This document shows, piece by piece, positions 36,984 through 46,734 of a stretch of DNA of 64,000 nt; position 1 is the first letter of the stretch; the number at the start of each line of letters is the position of its first letter. The stretch is from an uncultured Candidatus Saccharibacteria bacterium. GTDB taxonomy: Bacteria > Patescibacteriota > WWE3 > 9FT-COMBO-53-11. A model generated the notes under the pieces. It worked only from the letters and a program-made list of their open reading frames with translations, had not been told where the DNA came from and made no database searches. The stretch lies in the NCBI GenBank assembly GCA_964512075.1, contig CAZEID010000006.1, positions 1,024 through 65,023 on the forward strand. The letters run 5' to 3'. The translations under genes were made by a program, and so were the position numbers.

Positions 36984-37991
36984 TTATTTACTCTTTAAAG
37001 ACTTCGCCTTCTTGGCCGCCTCCACCACGTTCTTGGCAACCAAGCCGAACTCCACCATCAGCTCCTCCGGCTTACCGGATTCTCCGAAACGGTCCCTTAC
37101 CCCCACTTTAACTACGGGAACCGGATAGTTTTCACTTAGGAACTCCGCGATGGCTCCCCCCAATCCTCCTGCCACTTGGTGCTCCTCCGCCGTCACAATT
37201 GCTCCCGCCTTTTTCGCGGCGGCCAAAACCATCTTCTCATCCAGCGGCTTAACCGACGGACTATTGTAAACCTCGACTCCCCAACCCGCCTTTTCGAGCT
37301 CCGCCGCCGCCAAAATCGATTCGTAAACTAAGGGACCGCAAGCAAAAATGGCAACATCCCGTTTCTCCTTGGCCGAATTCCAAAACAGCGGGGCTTGACC
37401 AATTGCAAAAGGTGTCTCCTCCGTCGTAAAAACGGGCGTTTTCTCGCGAGCGAAGCGCATGTAACATGGACCGTAAACCCTGGCGATCTCCATCACGATC
37501 TTTTTCGCCTCCCAAACATCGCAAGGGGCAAAAACCTTCATGTTGGGAATCACTCGCATAATTGTCATGTCTTCCAGTGCCTGGTGAGTCGCCCCATCCG
37601 GCCCCACCGATACTCCCGCGTGGGCTCCCATAATCTTGACATTGGTGTTCTGCAAAGCCGCGGTAGTTCGAATCTGTTCATTGTTTCGACCCGGGGAAAA
37701 AGCAGCGTAAGAGGCGATGAAAGGAACCTTTCCAGCCAAGGCCATTCCAGCTGCCAAGGCAGCCATGCTCTGCTCGGCAATTCCCGTCTCAATAAACCGC
37801 TCGGGGAAAGCTTTCCGAAACATCTCCGCCTGCGTAGAGACCGAAAGATCCGCGCAAAGGACGACTACGTTGGGATCGCTCTTCCCCGCCTCCACTACTC
37901 CCAAGCCAAAGCCATCCCGGGTAGGCCGTTGCTCCAGCTTGGCCTTGTCTAGAATGCTCGAAACCAATTTTGCCGAACTCGCAATAGGCAT
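36984..37991 (-). CDS. Transketolase C-terminal subunit
   Basis: GIAEQ, GPDGATHQ, EEHQVAGGLG. Confidence 0.93.
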   Translation of the reverse strand: MPIASSAKLVSSILDKAKLEQRPTRDGFGLGVVEAGKSDPNVVVLCADLSVSTQAEMFRKAFPERFIETGIAEQSMAALAAGMALAGKVPFIASYAAFSPGRNNEQIRTTAALQNTNVKIMGAHAGVSVGPDGATHQALEDMTIMRVIPNMKVFAPCDVWEAKKIVMEIARVYGPCYMRFAREKTPVFTTEETPFAIGQAPLFWNSAKEKRDVAIFACGPLVYESILAAAELEKAGWGVEVYNSPSVKPLDEKMVLAAAKKAGAIVTAEEHQVAGGLGGAIAEFLSENYPVPVVKVGVRDRFGESGKPEELMVEFGLVAKNVVEAAKKAKSLKSK

Positions 37992-38051
37992 CGGATAGAC
38001 TACTTGCCGACAGCAGGACCGGACGCTGTCCGCCGTTTACCGTGGATAAAG

Positions 38052-38918
38052 CTACTCATAGTCATTTCTAATCTTCCCCCCCAATGTTCGAATGTCATAA
38101 AGGGCTTTTTTAGCCTCTTCGGGATTGGGGGGTTTCCCGTGCCACTCAAACTTGCGCTCCATAAATCCCACTCCCTTGCCGGGGATCGTGCAGGCAATGA
38201 TCACTGTAGGCTTGCTAAAAACCGCTTTAGCGTGGTTGACCGCGTCAATCAGCTCTTCAATGTTGTGGCCATCGATGTCAATCACATTCCAACCAAAGGA
38301 CCGGTACTTATCCGCTAATGGTTCTAAAGGCATCACATCCTCGGTAAACCCGTCGATTTGGATTTGGTTACGATCAACAATGCCGATTAGATTCCCTAAC
38401 TTGTTTTTGCCGGCGAACATCGCCGCTTCCCAAATAATTCCGCAATTTTGCTCCCCATCCCCCATCAGGCAATAGGTCCACCAATTTTTCCCGTCCATTT
38501 TCGCCGCCAGCGCCATTCCCACCGCTTGGGGAAGCCCGTCGCCGAGAGGACCGGAAGTGGTTTCCAATCCCGGTAGGCGCTCCCGCTCGGGATGCCCCTG
38601 CAAGCGGGAACCAAACTGCCGCAGAGTCCAAAGCTCTTCGTGAGGAAAATATCCGGCGTGGGCCATCACTACGTAGCGGGCCGGACAGTAGTGGCCGCAG
38701 GAAAGGATAAACCGATCCCGCTCCGGCCAGTCGGGCTCCTTCGGCCGGTGGTTGAGGATCCGGAAGTAAAAAGCGGTCCAAAGCTCCATCGTACCTAAAG
38801 GTGCTGCCGAATGGCCGCTCCCCGCCTTGACGAGCATCTTAATCAGGTCCGTCCGCATCTCATTCGCCATCTTATAGAGCTCGTCGATGGTGTAGTGTTT
38901 TTTCCTAGGAAAGATCAT
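38052..38918 (-). CDS. Transketolase N-terminal subunit
   Basis: SGH, LSCGH, LQGHP, GDGE TPP-binding motif. Confidence 0.93.
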   Translation of the reverse strand: MIFPRKKHYTIDELYKMANEMRTDLIKMLVKAGSGHSAAPLGTMELWTAFYFRILNHRPKEPDWPERDRFILSCGHYCPARYVVMAHAGYFPHEELWTLRQFGSRLQGHPERERLPGLETTSGPLGDGLPQAVGMALAAKMDGKNWWTYCLMGDGEQNCGIIWEAAMFAGKNKLGNLIGIVDRNQIQIDGFTEDVMPLEPLADKYRSFGWNVIDIDGHNIEELIDAVNHAKAVFSKPTVIIACTIPGKGVGFMERKFEWHGKPPNPEEAKKALYDIRTLGGKIRNDYE

Positions 38919-38920
38919 TT

Positions 38921-39496
38921 TTAATAAACGGCCTGCTCGCCGATCTCCCCATCCAGCTTCCGCAGCTGCTCCAGCACCCCCTCGGGAGTGTTGGCAATCC
39001 GGTAAACCCTTAACTCCTCCCCTCTAATATACATATTTCTTTCGAAGGCTGCCAGCAGATCCCGCCAAAAATCACCGAAAAGGATGAAGGGCTTGTGATG
39101 GCCAAAATACAGCCGGGCCAGACCCCAAGCCATTCCAAACTCCGAAAGCGTTCCGGTCCCACCCTTGAAAGTGACATAAGCGTCTCCCATATCCAACAGC
39201 TTCAGCGTCCGTTCCAAGTAGTGCTGGGTGATGATCTCCTCATCCACCTCATTAGTCTTATCCCGCCCCTCAAAGAGTGGGGCGTTCTTGGGATAAAAGC
39301 TAACCCCGATTACTCGGCCGCCGCCGGCGTGGGCGCCCAAAGTTGCGGCTTTCATCACTCCCGGCCCCCCGCCGTTGACAATCGTGTAACCATTCTCCGC
39401 CAAAAGCTTGGCAGTGGCGAACGCATCTTTCCAAACTTGGTCCTCCTCCTTGGCATCCGCGAAGCCGAAGATAGTAATTCTCTTAAACTTGGCCAT
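38921..39496 (-). CDS. LOG-family (Rossmann) protein
   Basis: NGGGPGVMKAA, GGTGTLSE. Confidence 0.88.
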   Translation of the reverse strand: MAKFKRITIFGFADAKEEDQVWKDAFATAKLLAENGYTIVNGGGPGVMKAATLGAHAGGGRVIGVSFYPKNAPLFEGRDKTNEVDEEIITQHYLERTLKLLDMGDAYVTFKGGTGTLSEFGMAWGLARLYFGHHKPFILFGDFWRDLLAAFERNMYIRGEELRVYRIANTPEGVLEQLRKLDGEIGEQAVY

Positions 39497-39521
39497 AATT
39501 CAGTTGCTAAAAATTGTAACG

Positions 39522-40199
39522 CTAAAGTCCCTCGGCCGCATTTTGCTTTCCACCTTTCGCTCTCCGTAAGGATTCAATCGCCTCAACCGGATCCTCGGCA
39601 CCGTAGATCGCCGATCCAGCCACCAAGATTCCCGCCCCTGCCGCCACCATCGCCGGGGCGGTTTTCGAATTAACGCCAATATCAACCGAGATTGGTAGTT
39701 TGGGAAATTTGGCCCGCACCACCTTAACCGTTTCCAAAACTCGGGGATTAAACTCTTGTCCTCCAAAACCGCTCTTCCCCCCCATCGCCTGGAAACGGTC
39801 CACTTGGTTTAGGAGAAACTCATACTTAGCCAAAGGAGTGGTTGGCTCCACCGCCAGCCCTACCGCCAGCCCCGCCGCGTGGGTTTGAGCAAAAATTGCC
39901 TTCCAATCTGAAGCGGATTCAAAGTGAAAAATCAGCTGGTCCACCCCCGGGTGGTTCAGCCGACTAATCCAATTCGCGGGATCGGCAACCATCAAATCGG
40001 CTTCAATTTTAGGAGGGGGATTAAAACCTAAGGTATCAATCTCGTCCAAGATGGAGGGATCGGAAAATGTAACATTGTCGACAAAGATCCCGTCCATAAT
40101 GTCCCATTGAACCCGAGCCACATGGGGCGCAACTAACTCGAATCGCCGCAGAAACTCTTTCGAATCTTGAACCAAGAGTGCCGGAACAATTTCGGGCAT
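39522..40199 (-). CDS. rpe: Ribulose-phosphate 3-epimerase
   Basis: DIMDGIFV, DLMV, GFGGQEF, VDIGVN, LVAGSAI. Confidence 0.9.
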   Translation of the reverse strand: MPEIVPALLVQDSKEFLRRFELVAPHVARVQWDIMDGIFVDNVTFSDPSILDEIDTLGFNPPPKIEADLMVADPANWISRLNHPGVDQLIFHFESASDWKAIFAQTHAAGLAVGLAVEPTTPLAKYEFLLNQVDRFQAMGGKSGFGGQEFNPRVLETVKVVRAKFPKLPISVDIGVNSKTAPAMVAAGAGILVAGSAIYGAEDPVEAIESLRRAKGGKQNAAEGL

Positions 40200-40283
40200 T
40201 GCTCCCATTTTACCAACGTTAACAGAGCTAAAGGAACGGCCGGTGGTAGAATCAAATCAACCTATTCAGAAAGGAGGAGAATT

Positions 40284-40559
40284 ATGGGGGCGAACAAGGC
40301 AATGATGTCGGCCTGGCGCCACCACCGCAGAAGTGTTATCACCCTAGAAGAGGCCGTCATCTTTAAGTACTTTGGGCACCGTAAACTCTGCCGGAAATGC
40401 GGCGAGGAGTTCCTGCGGCGGAAAGCCGAGGAAGCACGAGGAAAAAGTGAACCTGTGGAAAGCCGTCCGGAGATGGCTGAGACTCCCCGAGAAGCCGCCG
40501 CCGAAAAGGCCGCGGCGCCCGAAGTATATGTGGAAGATCTTGAATATGATCCTTCCTGA
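40284..40559 (+). CDS. Hypothetical protein (ORFan) with CxxC
   Basis: TAGAAT -10, AGGAGG SD, downstream terminator at about 40660-40685. Confidence 0.6.
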   Translation: MGANKAMMSAWRHHRRSVITLEEAVIFKYFGHRKLCRKCGEEFLRRKAEEARGKSEPVESRPEMAETPREAAAEKAAAPEVYVEDLEYDPS

Positions 40560-40803
40560 GGATCCCCCGCGGAAACGATGGCGAAATGATGATCCGTACA
40601 ACCAGATCGCCAACAAACGGTGGGCAAAGTCTTTCCCCCGGAGTAGCAGTCTGTCAACCAGCGAGGATTAAACCCCTCGCTTTTTGTGAAGCAAAACTAA
40701 CCCCGCATTCGGAGGTATTCTGGTGCGGGGCGTATTTTTGATCCCCAGAGTAATCTAGGAAGTCAGGCTGAAGCCAAGTTATCAGACACTGCGGAAGCCA
40801 AAA

Positions 40804-40835
40804 TTACGGTTTTACAGAAAACTGTAAAACTGTAA
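40804..40835. repeat. Solo copy of the TrpR-associated palindrome TTACGGTTTTACAG-AAAA-CTGTAAAACTGTAA
   Basis: Core GTTTTACAGAAAACTGTAAAAC identical to 22800-22821. Confidence 0.85.
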
Positions 40836-40911
40836 CTTCCACTGTCGAAATTTGAAATGAAATTAGGGAGGGCAACCCAAAAGAAGTGGAAGGAAGGAGC
40901 AGAAGGAAAAG

Positions 40912-41367
40912 TTAGAGCTGAACTTCCAGATCGGCGATCTTTTGGAGGCGGCGGAGATGGCGCTCCTCGGAGGGGCCGGGGGTTTCGAGCCAGAGTTTAA
41001 TAATCCTTTGGGCCTGCTCTTCCCGGAGATGATCGGCGGGAAGGGAAAGGACGTTGGCCCCGTCGTGCTGGCGGGACTGTCGCACCAACCCCTCGTCATC
41101 AACCCAGATCACCGCCGAACGCACCCCCCGAAACTTATTGGCGACAATATCTACCCCCACCGCCGAACCGCAAAGCAGAATTCCCCGATTCTCGGCCGGA
41201 TTTTCTGCCACCCGCCGGGCCACCTGGGCCGCAAAATCGGGGTAATCATCGGTCGGGTCGTAAACAGCGTTGCCTAGATCCTCGCAGGGCTTCCCCCACT
41301 CCTCCAGCCACTGCTTAATCTTTTCCTTGAGCTCGAAACCCCGATGGTCGGTTCCCAAATAGATCAT
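40912..41367 (-). CDS. rpiB: Ribose-5-phosphate isomerase B
   Basis: GTDHRG, DYPD, GILLCGSAVG, RHLRRLQKI. Confidence 0.93.
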   Translation of the reverse strand: MIYLGTDHRGFELKEKIKQWLEEWGKPCEDLGNAVYDPTDDYPDFAAQVARRVAENPAENRGILLCGSAVGVDIVANKFRGVRSAVIWVDDEGLVRQSRQHDGANVLSLPADHLREEQAQRIIKLWLETPGPSEERHLRRLQKIADLEVQL

Positions 41368-41401
41368 CTTTCTTCCAGCTTAGCAAAGAACGGGCAATAA
41401 A

Positions 41402-42046
41402 CTACCTGAACGTAAACCCGTGCTCCCCAACCAGCGGGACGAAACGAAAGCCGGGATAGACCTTTTTTTCCAAGCCTGCGGGAGTTTTGACGGCTCTCAC
41501 CATCTCCTGCACCCCCACCCCCAGCGGAATCACTAACCGCCCGCCCACCTTCAATTGCTCAATCAACGGCGGGGGAATCTGAGGGGCCGCCGCGGTAACG
41601 ATAATCCCGTCAAACGGCGCTCTCTCGGGTAAACCCCGGCTTCCATCCCCGATAATCACCTCCACATTTTCATAACCCAGTCGCCTAAGCACCTCTTCCG
41701 CCTTACTGCCTAGCTCTTTGAACCGCTCAACCGTATAGACCTTTCGGACCAGCCGCGAGAGGATTGCGGCTTGGTAACCGGACCCCGTCCCCACTTCAAG
41801 AACCGTGTCCGCGGGTTGGGGATCCAGCAGTTGGGTCATGAAAGCGACGGTGTAAGGCTGGGAGATAGTTTGGCCACTCCCGATCCCAATCGGCGTATCA
41901 TCATAAGCTAGTTCACGGAAACTAGGTGGAACAAACTCTTCGCGAGGAACGGTGCGAAAGGCAGCCAGAACCCTACTATCAGAAATCCCCCGCGCGGCGA
42001 GGTGCTCCCGGAGCATAATTTCTTTTGCTCTTACCAAATCGGTCAT
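41402..42046 (-). CDS. pcm: Protein-L-isoaspartate O-methyltransferase
   Basis: GQTISQP, LEVGTGSGYQAA, FRFVPL. Confidence 0.95.
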   Translation of the reverse strand: MTDLVRAKEIMLREHLAARGISDSRVLAAFRTVPREEFVPPSFRELAYDDTPIGIGSGQTISQPYTVAFMTQLLDPQPADTVLEVGTGSGYQAAILSRLVRKVYTVERFKELGSKAEEVLRRLGYENVEVIIGDGSRGLPERAPFDGIIVTAAAPQIPPPLIEQLKVGGRLVIPLGVGVQEMVRAVKTPAGLEKKVYPGFRFVPLVGEHGFTFR

Positions 42047-42146
42047 CTTGAAGGGAGGAATTCAGAAAAGAAAGCGTCCCTTACCAACCCTCCCACCTCA
42101 ACCATTAAGCGGCGTACTTCTAACTCCCTTCGGAATTCCGCTCAAG

Positions 42147-42494
42147 TTAGACTTTAAGCTTTCCCAGCTGCTTGGCGGCAAATTCTCCCACCACGGGAAG
42201 CTTGTACTCCACCCCCTGGTAGGCTTGGTACATCAGGTAAAGCCAAACAATCAAAAGCCCGATTCCTAGCGGAATGGAGATAATAAACCAAAGCACATTG
42301 ATCACTGGAATGTAACCCAGTATCCAACTCAAAACGAAAGCTCCACCAAAAAGGATCGTGGACTGCATCGCATGAAAGCGCACAAACCGGTTCTCTTTTT
42401 CAATCAGAAGAAAAAGAATTCCCGTGATAAACCCTAGAAAGTAAGTTAGCGCCCCCGCGACATTTTGAGGTAAACTGCTGCTGCTCTTTTCCAA
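42147..42494 (-). CDS. DUF4870 membrane protein
   Basis: AGALTY..GI..EKENRFVRFHAMQS; GGGGGTGA SD before TTG. Confidence 0.85.
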   Translation of the reverse strand: MEKSSSSLPQNVAGALTYFLGFITGILFLLIEKENRFVRFHAMQSTILFGGAFVLSWILGYIPVINVLWFIISIPLGIGLLIVWLYLMYQAYQGVEYKLPVVGEFAAKQLGKLKV

Positions 42495-42531
42495 AGTCCT
42501 CACCCCCGATCTTAATTTCAGTCTAGCAACT

Positions 42532-44316
42532 TTAGGGCTTCCGTTGCTGTTCGAAAAGCCGCCGAATCTCTGCCACCGTAGTGGCCTGCTCCGGGGTCTT
42601 GTCATCCCGAAAAGCCATCAAGCGGGGGAAGCGCAGGGCTAGCCCCCCCGCAGTGTGTAATGGTGATCGGGTGATCTCGTCCGCCCGAATCGCCACCACG
42701 ATCTGGGGCTCTGCCCAAACATCGGGAGTGTGCTCCTTGGCTACCGCGACATTCTTAGGCTTGGTCCCAACCTTTAGGGCATCCACTCGGCGCTTCAGCT
42801 CCCGCCACTCCTCATCCGTCAACCCCGAGCCGACCCGGGAAATCGTCTTGAAAGTATCGGTCTGATCATCGTAAAGCCCCACCAAAAAACCCCCAATTCC
42901 GAACTGGGTCCGCTTGCCGCGTCCCCGGTAGTAGCCAAGAATTACCCCGTCAATCGTATCTTCCAACTGGCCTCTCTCTACCCGCTTAAGCTTAACCCAG
43001 TTGAAGTTCCGCACTCCGGCTTGGTAAACCCCGTCCAAGCGCTTGGCCATAATCCCCTCTAACCCATGCTCCACCTGTTCCAGAAAGAACTTCTCTAATT
43101 CCCCGGCATCAGTGAAAACTCTTTCCTCCGCAACCAAAATCGTATCGGGCTCCCGCACCAGCTTCTCCAGCGCCCGGCGGCGAGCTTCGTAAGGTTCACG
43201 CGTTAAGTCCCGACCGTTTAGGTAAAGCAGATCGAAGGCAAAGACCTTCAGCGGCAGATCCGTCAACTTCTCCCTAATCCCGTATTTCCGCTTGCGCTTA
43301 GCAGTTTCCTGAAATGGTTCAAACTCTTCGGTCTCGGGGTTATAGGCGATTGCTTCCCCCTCAAAGATTGCCGATTCGGCGGACAGCTGTTGGGTCGCCC
43401 CTACGATCTCGGGGAACATTGAAGTGGTATCCTCCAAATTGCGGGAAAAAATCTTCACCCAAGGACCGGAGATTTTTTCACCCCCAATTAGGTCGAGCTG
43501 CTCATAATCCTCCTCCTTAAACCGGCGGGACTTATCCAGGTGGACCTGAACCCGAAAACCGTCATACTTCGGCTCGGCCGCTAATTTCCCGCCCATTTTC
43601 TCCAGAATCTCAACCGGAGTCGGCAGGCGCTCGGCTGAGGCCATTCGTACCGGCACCCCCACCTCCACCTGAATCCCTTGCAGCCCCCGCACCCCTTTCG
43701 TTCTCACCAGCCGGGCGATCCGACCAATATCGGCGGAAATGTTGTAGGCCCGTTCCAACACCGGACGGAGGGACTTGTCCCCGGCTTCCACCACCGAAAG
43801 AGCGTCGAGAATCGTCTTATCCGAAAACCCCAAGCGCAAGCGTGCCACAGGGATTCGAGCGACATATTTTGCAGAGAGCGAATCCAGGGATCGGAAGAGC
43901 TCGGCCATTCCCCGAACTTTCCGCTCCTGCGAACCCGGGCCGGAGGTCTCGGCGATCTCCCGAAGCTTCCTGTAAACCTCCGAGGTTGAAGGAGAAACCT
44001 CGGAGGTTTTGGCTCTGCTTTTTGCCAGCTCCTCCGCTGCATCTCCCAGATCCCCCTTTTCCTGGACGATTTTCTCGACTTCTGCGCTCGGAGCCCCGTA
44101 GGCCTCCGCCATCACCCGAATTAGCGTTTTGCTGGCAAGATTGAACTCAACACCTTCGTAAAGCGGAGCCAACTGGCCCAGGACGAGGTAGCAGATCTTA
44201 TCGATTTCCTCCGGAGAAGACTCTTTCAGGAGCTCCGCGAGAACGGCGGTAATCTCCAACCGCTTGGAAGTAGCTTCAATCCGCGAAAAGTACTGCGCCA
44301 GCTTAGAAAAAAGCAT
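42532..44316 (-). CDS. ATP-dependent DNA ligase
   Basis: EPKYDGFRVQVH, EGIMAK, NWVKLK, ALRFPR. Confidence 0.95.
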   Translation of the reverse strand: MLFSKLAQYFSRIEATSKRLEITAVLAELLKESSPEEIDKICYLVLGQLAPLYEGVEFNLASKTLIRVMAEAYGAPSAEVEKIVQEKGDLGDAAEELAKSRAKTSEVSPSTSEVYRKLREIAETSGPGSQERKVRGMAELFRSLDSLSAKYVARIPVARLRLGFSDKTILDALSVVEAGDKSLRPVLERAYNISADIGRIARLVRTKGVRGLQGIQVEVGVPVRMASAERLPTPVEILEKMGGKLAAEPKYDGFRVQVHLDKSRRFKEEDYEQLDLIGGEKISGPWVKIFSRNLEDTTSMFPEIVGATQQLSAESAIFEGEAIAYNPETEEFEPFQETAKRKRKYGIREKLTDLPLKVFAFDLLYLNGRDLTREPYEARRRALEKLVREPDTILVAEERVFTDAGELEKFFLEQVEHGLEGIMAKRLDGVYQAGVRNFNWVKLKRVERGQLEDTIDGVILGYYRGRGKRTQFGIGGFLVGLYDDQTDTFKTISRVGSGLTDEEWRELKRRVDALKVGTKPKNVAVAKEHTPDVWAEPQIVVAIRADEITRSPLHTAGGLALRFPRLMAFRDDKTPEQATTVAEIRRLFEQQRKP

Positions 44317-44356
44317 CACCTCTATGTTAACTTAAATCAAACGGAAAGGAGGAGGG

Positions 44357-44782
44357 ATGTTCAAGCGGCTCCTATCCGATTGCGAGGTAGAGAGACGCTA
44401 CCTTCGGGCCGGCCGAATTTCCGGCGCGGTCGTAAGCCTCATTTATCTGGGGGAACCCGTCGGTTTTGAGGAAATGCTCCGCGAATGGGAGAAATGGGAA
44501 GCGGAATATGCCCGCCGAGGGTACCGCACCATTTCGCTGGACGGGTTTATTGAAGCCGGCGGATACGGGAGACCACTTCTCAATATCGGCATCAAACGTG
44601 ACCAAGCCGAAGAACCGATCCTTCACGACCGAATCTATCGCGAGGATTACCTCCACAAAATTCGGCCAGTGATTAATCCCTTCGCCGGAGAGATCCAGAC
44701 GGGAACCTACGCCCAACCCTCCACTGAAGGGAAGAAGAACCGGAAAACGGCGAAGAGAAAGCCCAAAGCTCGGAAGCATTAG
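44357..44782 (+). CDS. Hypothetical protein (ORFan)
   Basis: AGGAGG SD, terminator AAGCTCGGA..TCCGAGC-T6. Confidence 0.7.
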   Translation: MFKRLLSDCEVERRYLRAGRISGAVVSLIYLGEPVGFEEMLREWEKWEAEYARRGYRTISLDGFIEAGGYGRPLLNIGIKRDQAEEPILHDRIYREDYLHKIRPVINPFAGEIQTGTYAQPSTEGKKNRKTAKRKPKARKH

Positions 44783-44869
44783 CTCCGAGCTTTTTTACTA
44801 CAACACTCTCCATGAGCACCTTACCACTGTAACAGCCAAAACTAACCCCATCCCTCTTGATGCTTAACC

Positions 44870-45901
44870 TCACAATTCGATGATCTGAAGGCCGCTTTGA
44901 AGTTCCGGAGGAATATGGTGTAAGTCGGTCGTGGTAATGATCGTTTGCCCCTCGCCGATCAGGTCGAAAACCTTCGCCCGATTCTCCTCATCCAGTTCCG
45001 AAAAGATGTCGTCCAAAAGCAGGACTGGGCGGGAGCCGATTCGCTGTTGAACATACGCCAGCTCGGCCGCTTTGAGCGCCAAAACCGCCCGGCGCTGCTC
45101 TCCCCGGGAACCGTAAGCAACTAAATCTCTCCCGTCCTGCTGGAAGACAAAATCGTCCCGGTGGGGACCAATCAAGGAAGTCTCGGCAACAATCTCCCGC
45201 GGCCGGTATTCCCGCAGGCGTTCGGCAGTCAGACCGGAAGGTAAGTAAACGAGGAGCAAACGGCTTGGAGCAAGCCGCGAGTTGATTTCATCGAAAAACT
45301 CTTTGCGCCGATCTTGAATCGCTACCCCGTACTCCAACAGTTTGGCATCCCAAAACTCCAATCCCCAACCTTCGAGGTTATCGGGATGGAATTGGGGATT
45401 TTTGTTTATTTCGCTTAGCAGACGGTTGCGGCGGCGGCGAACTTTATCGTACTCCGCCGAGATCCGGGCATAGACCGGTTCGACGCTCCCCAGCGCAAAG
45501 TCCAAAAACCGCCGCCGAAGATCGGGACTGCCAATCACCAGGTTTAAATCTTCGGGAGAGAAAAGCACGACGTGAAAATGTTGGGAGAAATCGGAAAGAC
45601 GCCGACCAACCCCGTTAACCCGAAACTTTTTTCCCGTTTCCGTCACGATCACTTCTAGGTCCCGCGGATCGCTGCCGTAAGCAGTCGCTCGAACAAAAGC
45701 CAACTTCTCCCCTTCCCGCAGCATTTCCCGATCTAGTTGCGCTCGGGGAGAACGACCAAAAGCCAGCAGAAAGATGGCCTCTAGAAGATTGCTTTTGCCA
45801 GCGGTATTCGGCCCCACCACCGCAGTGATGCCGGGAGAGAAACCGAAACTCTTCTTGGCGTAGCTCCGAAAATTCTCCAGAGATATCGTCTTTATCTGCA
45901 T
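44870..45901 (-). CDS. recF: DNA replication and repair protein RecF
   Basis: ENFRSY, GPNTAGKSNLLEAI, GPHRDD, SRGEQR, LLDDIFSELD. Confidence 0.95.
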   Translation of the reverse strand: MQIKTISLENFRSYAKKSFGFSPGITAVVGPNTAGKSNLLEAIFLLAFGRSPRAQLDREMLREGEKLAFVRATAYGSDPRDLEVIVTETGKKFRVNGVGRRLSDFSQHFHVVLFSPEDLNLVIGSPDLRRRFLDFALGSVEPVYARISAEYDKVRRRRNRLLSEINKNPQFHPDNLEGWGLEFWDAKLLEYGVAIQDRRKEFFDEINSRLAPSRLLLVYLPSGLTAERLREYRPREIVAETSLIGPHRDDFVFQQDGRDLVAYGSRGEQRRAVLALKAAELAYVQQRIGSRPVLLLDDIFSELDEENRAKVFDLIGEGQTIITTTDLHHIPPELQSGLQIIEL

Positions 45902-45909
45902 AAACTAGA

Positions 45910-46734
45910 CTATAGCTTCTGCTCCTTTGGACAGATAAAAGTCCCGCGTTGGCCCACTCTTAAATAGGCGATTGGGGCGCCACAGCGCGGACAGGGCTTT
46001 CCCGCCCGTTGGTAAACCCGTACTACCCTTTCGTAGTTTCCGCGCTCCCCATAGAGGTTGCGGTATTTCTCATCAGCAATCGTTGCTCCCCCCAACCGCA
46101 ACCCATCCTTCAACACCTTTAAGATAGCCTGGTACAGCTCTTGGACTTGCGGACTGGAAAGGGAAGAGGCTCTCGCCTTCGGGTGGATTTTCGCCAACCA
46201 AAGCGCCTCATTAGCGTAAATGTTACCTACCCCCGAGATCACTCTCTGATCAAGCAGGAGTTCCTTAATCCTCCGGCTCGAACCAGAAAGACTCGCTTTG
46301 AACTTCTCCAGAGTTAGATCGGTAAAAGGCTCGGGACCATAACCGGCAACAATCTCCTTAAGCTTGGCATCCGACGCCACCAAACTAACGTAGCCGAATT
46401 TGCGCTGGTCATTAAAACGTAGCTCTCTTCCGTCGGAGAGCTCGAGAATCACATGCAGAAACGGGTCCCGGGGATCGTTTGGCTTGCAGAGAAATAACTG
46501 CCCAGAGAGCCGAAGGTGGAGAACAATATTCTCCGTCCCCGCTAAGCGAATAATCAAAAGTTTCCCTCGGCGCTCCACTGCGACAATCCTCTGCCCCTTG
46601 ATTTGCTTCAGGAACTCGGTTGGGGAGGGCTGAACCATCTTCGGTGTATCCGTCCAAATATCCTGAATCGAGAGGCCGACAACTTCCTTTTGGAGCTGTT
46701 TTCTAATTGTTTCGACTTCCGGTAATTCAGGCAT
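45910..46734 (-). CDS. mutM: Formamidopyrimidine-DNA glycosylase
   Basis: MPELPEVE, RRGK, GVGNIYANE, C-terminal zinc finger. Confidence 0.95.
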   Translation of the reverse strand: MPELPEVETIRKQLQKEVVGLSIQDIWTDTPKMVQPSPTEFLKQIKGQRIVAVERRGKLLIIRLAGTENIVLHLRLSGQLFLCKPNDPRDPFLHVILELSDGRELRFNDQRKFGYVSLVASDAKLKEIVAGYGPEPFTDLTLEKFKASLSGSSRRIKELLLDQRVISGVGNIYANEALWLAKIHPKARASSLSSPQVQELYQAILKVLKDGLRLGGATIADEKYRNLYGERGNYERVVRVYQRAGKPCPRCGAPIAYLRVGQRGTFICPKEQKL

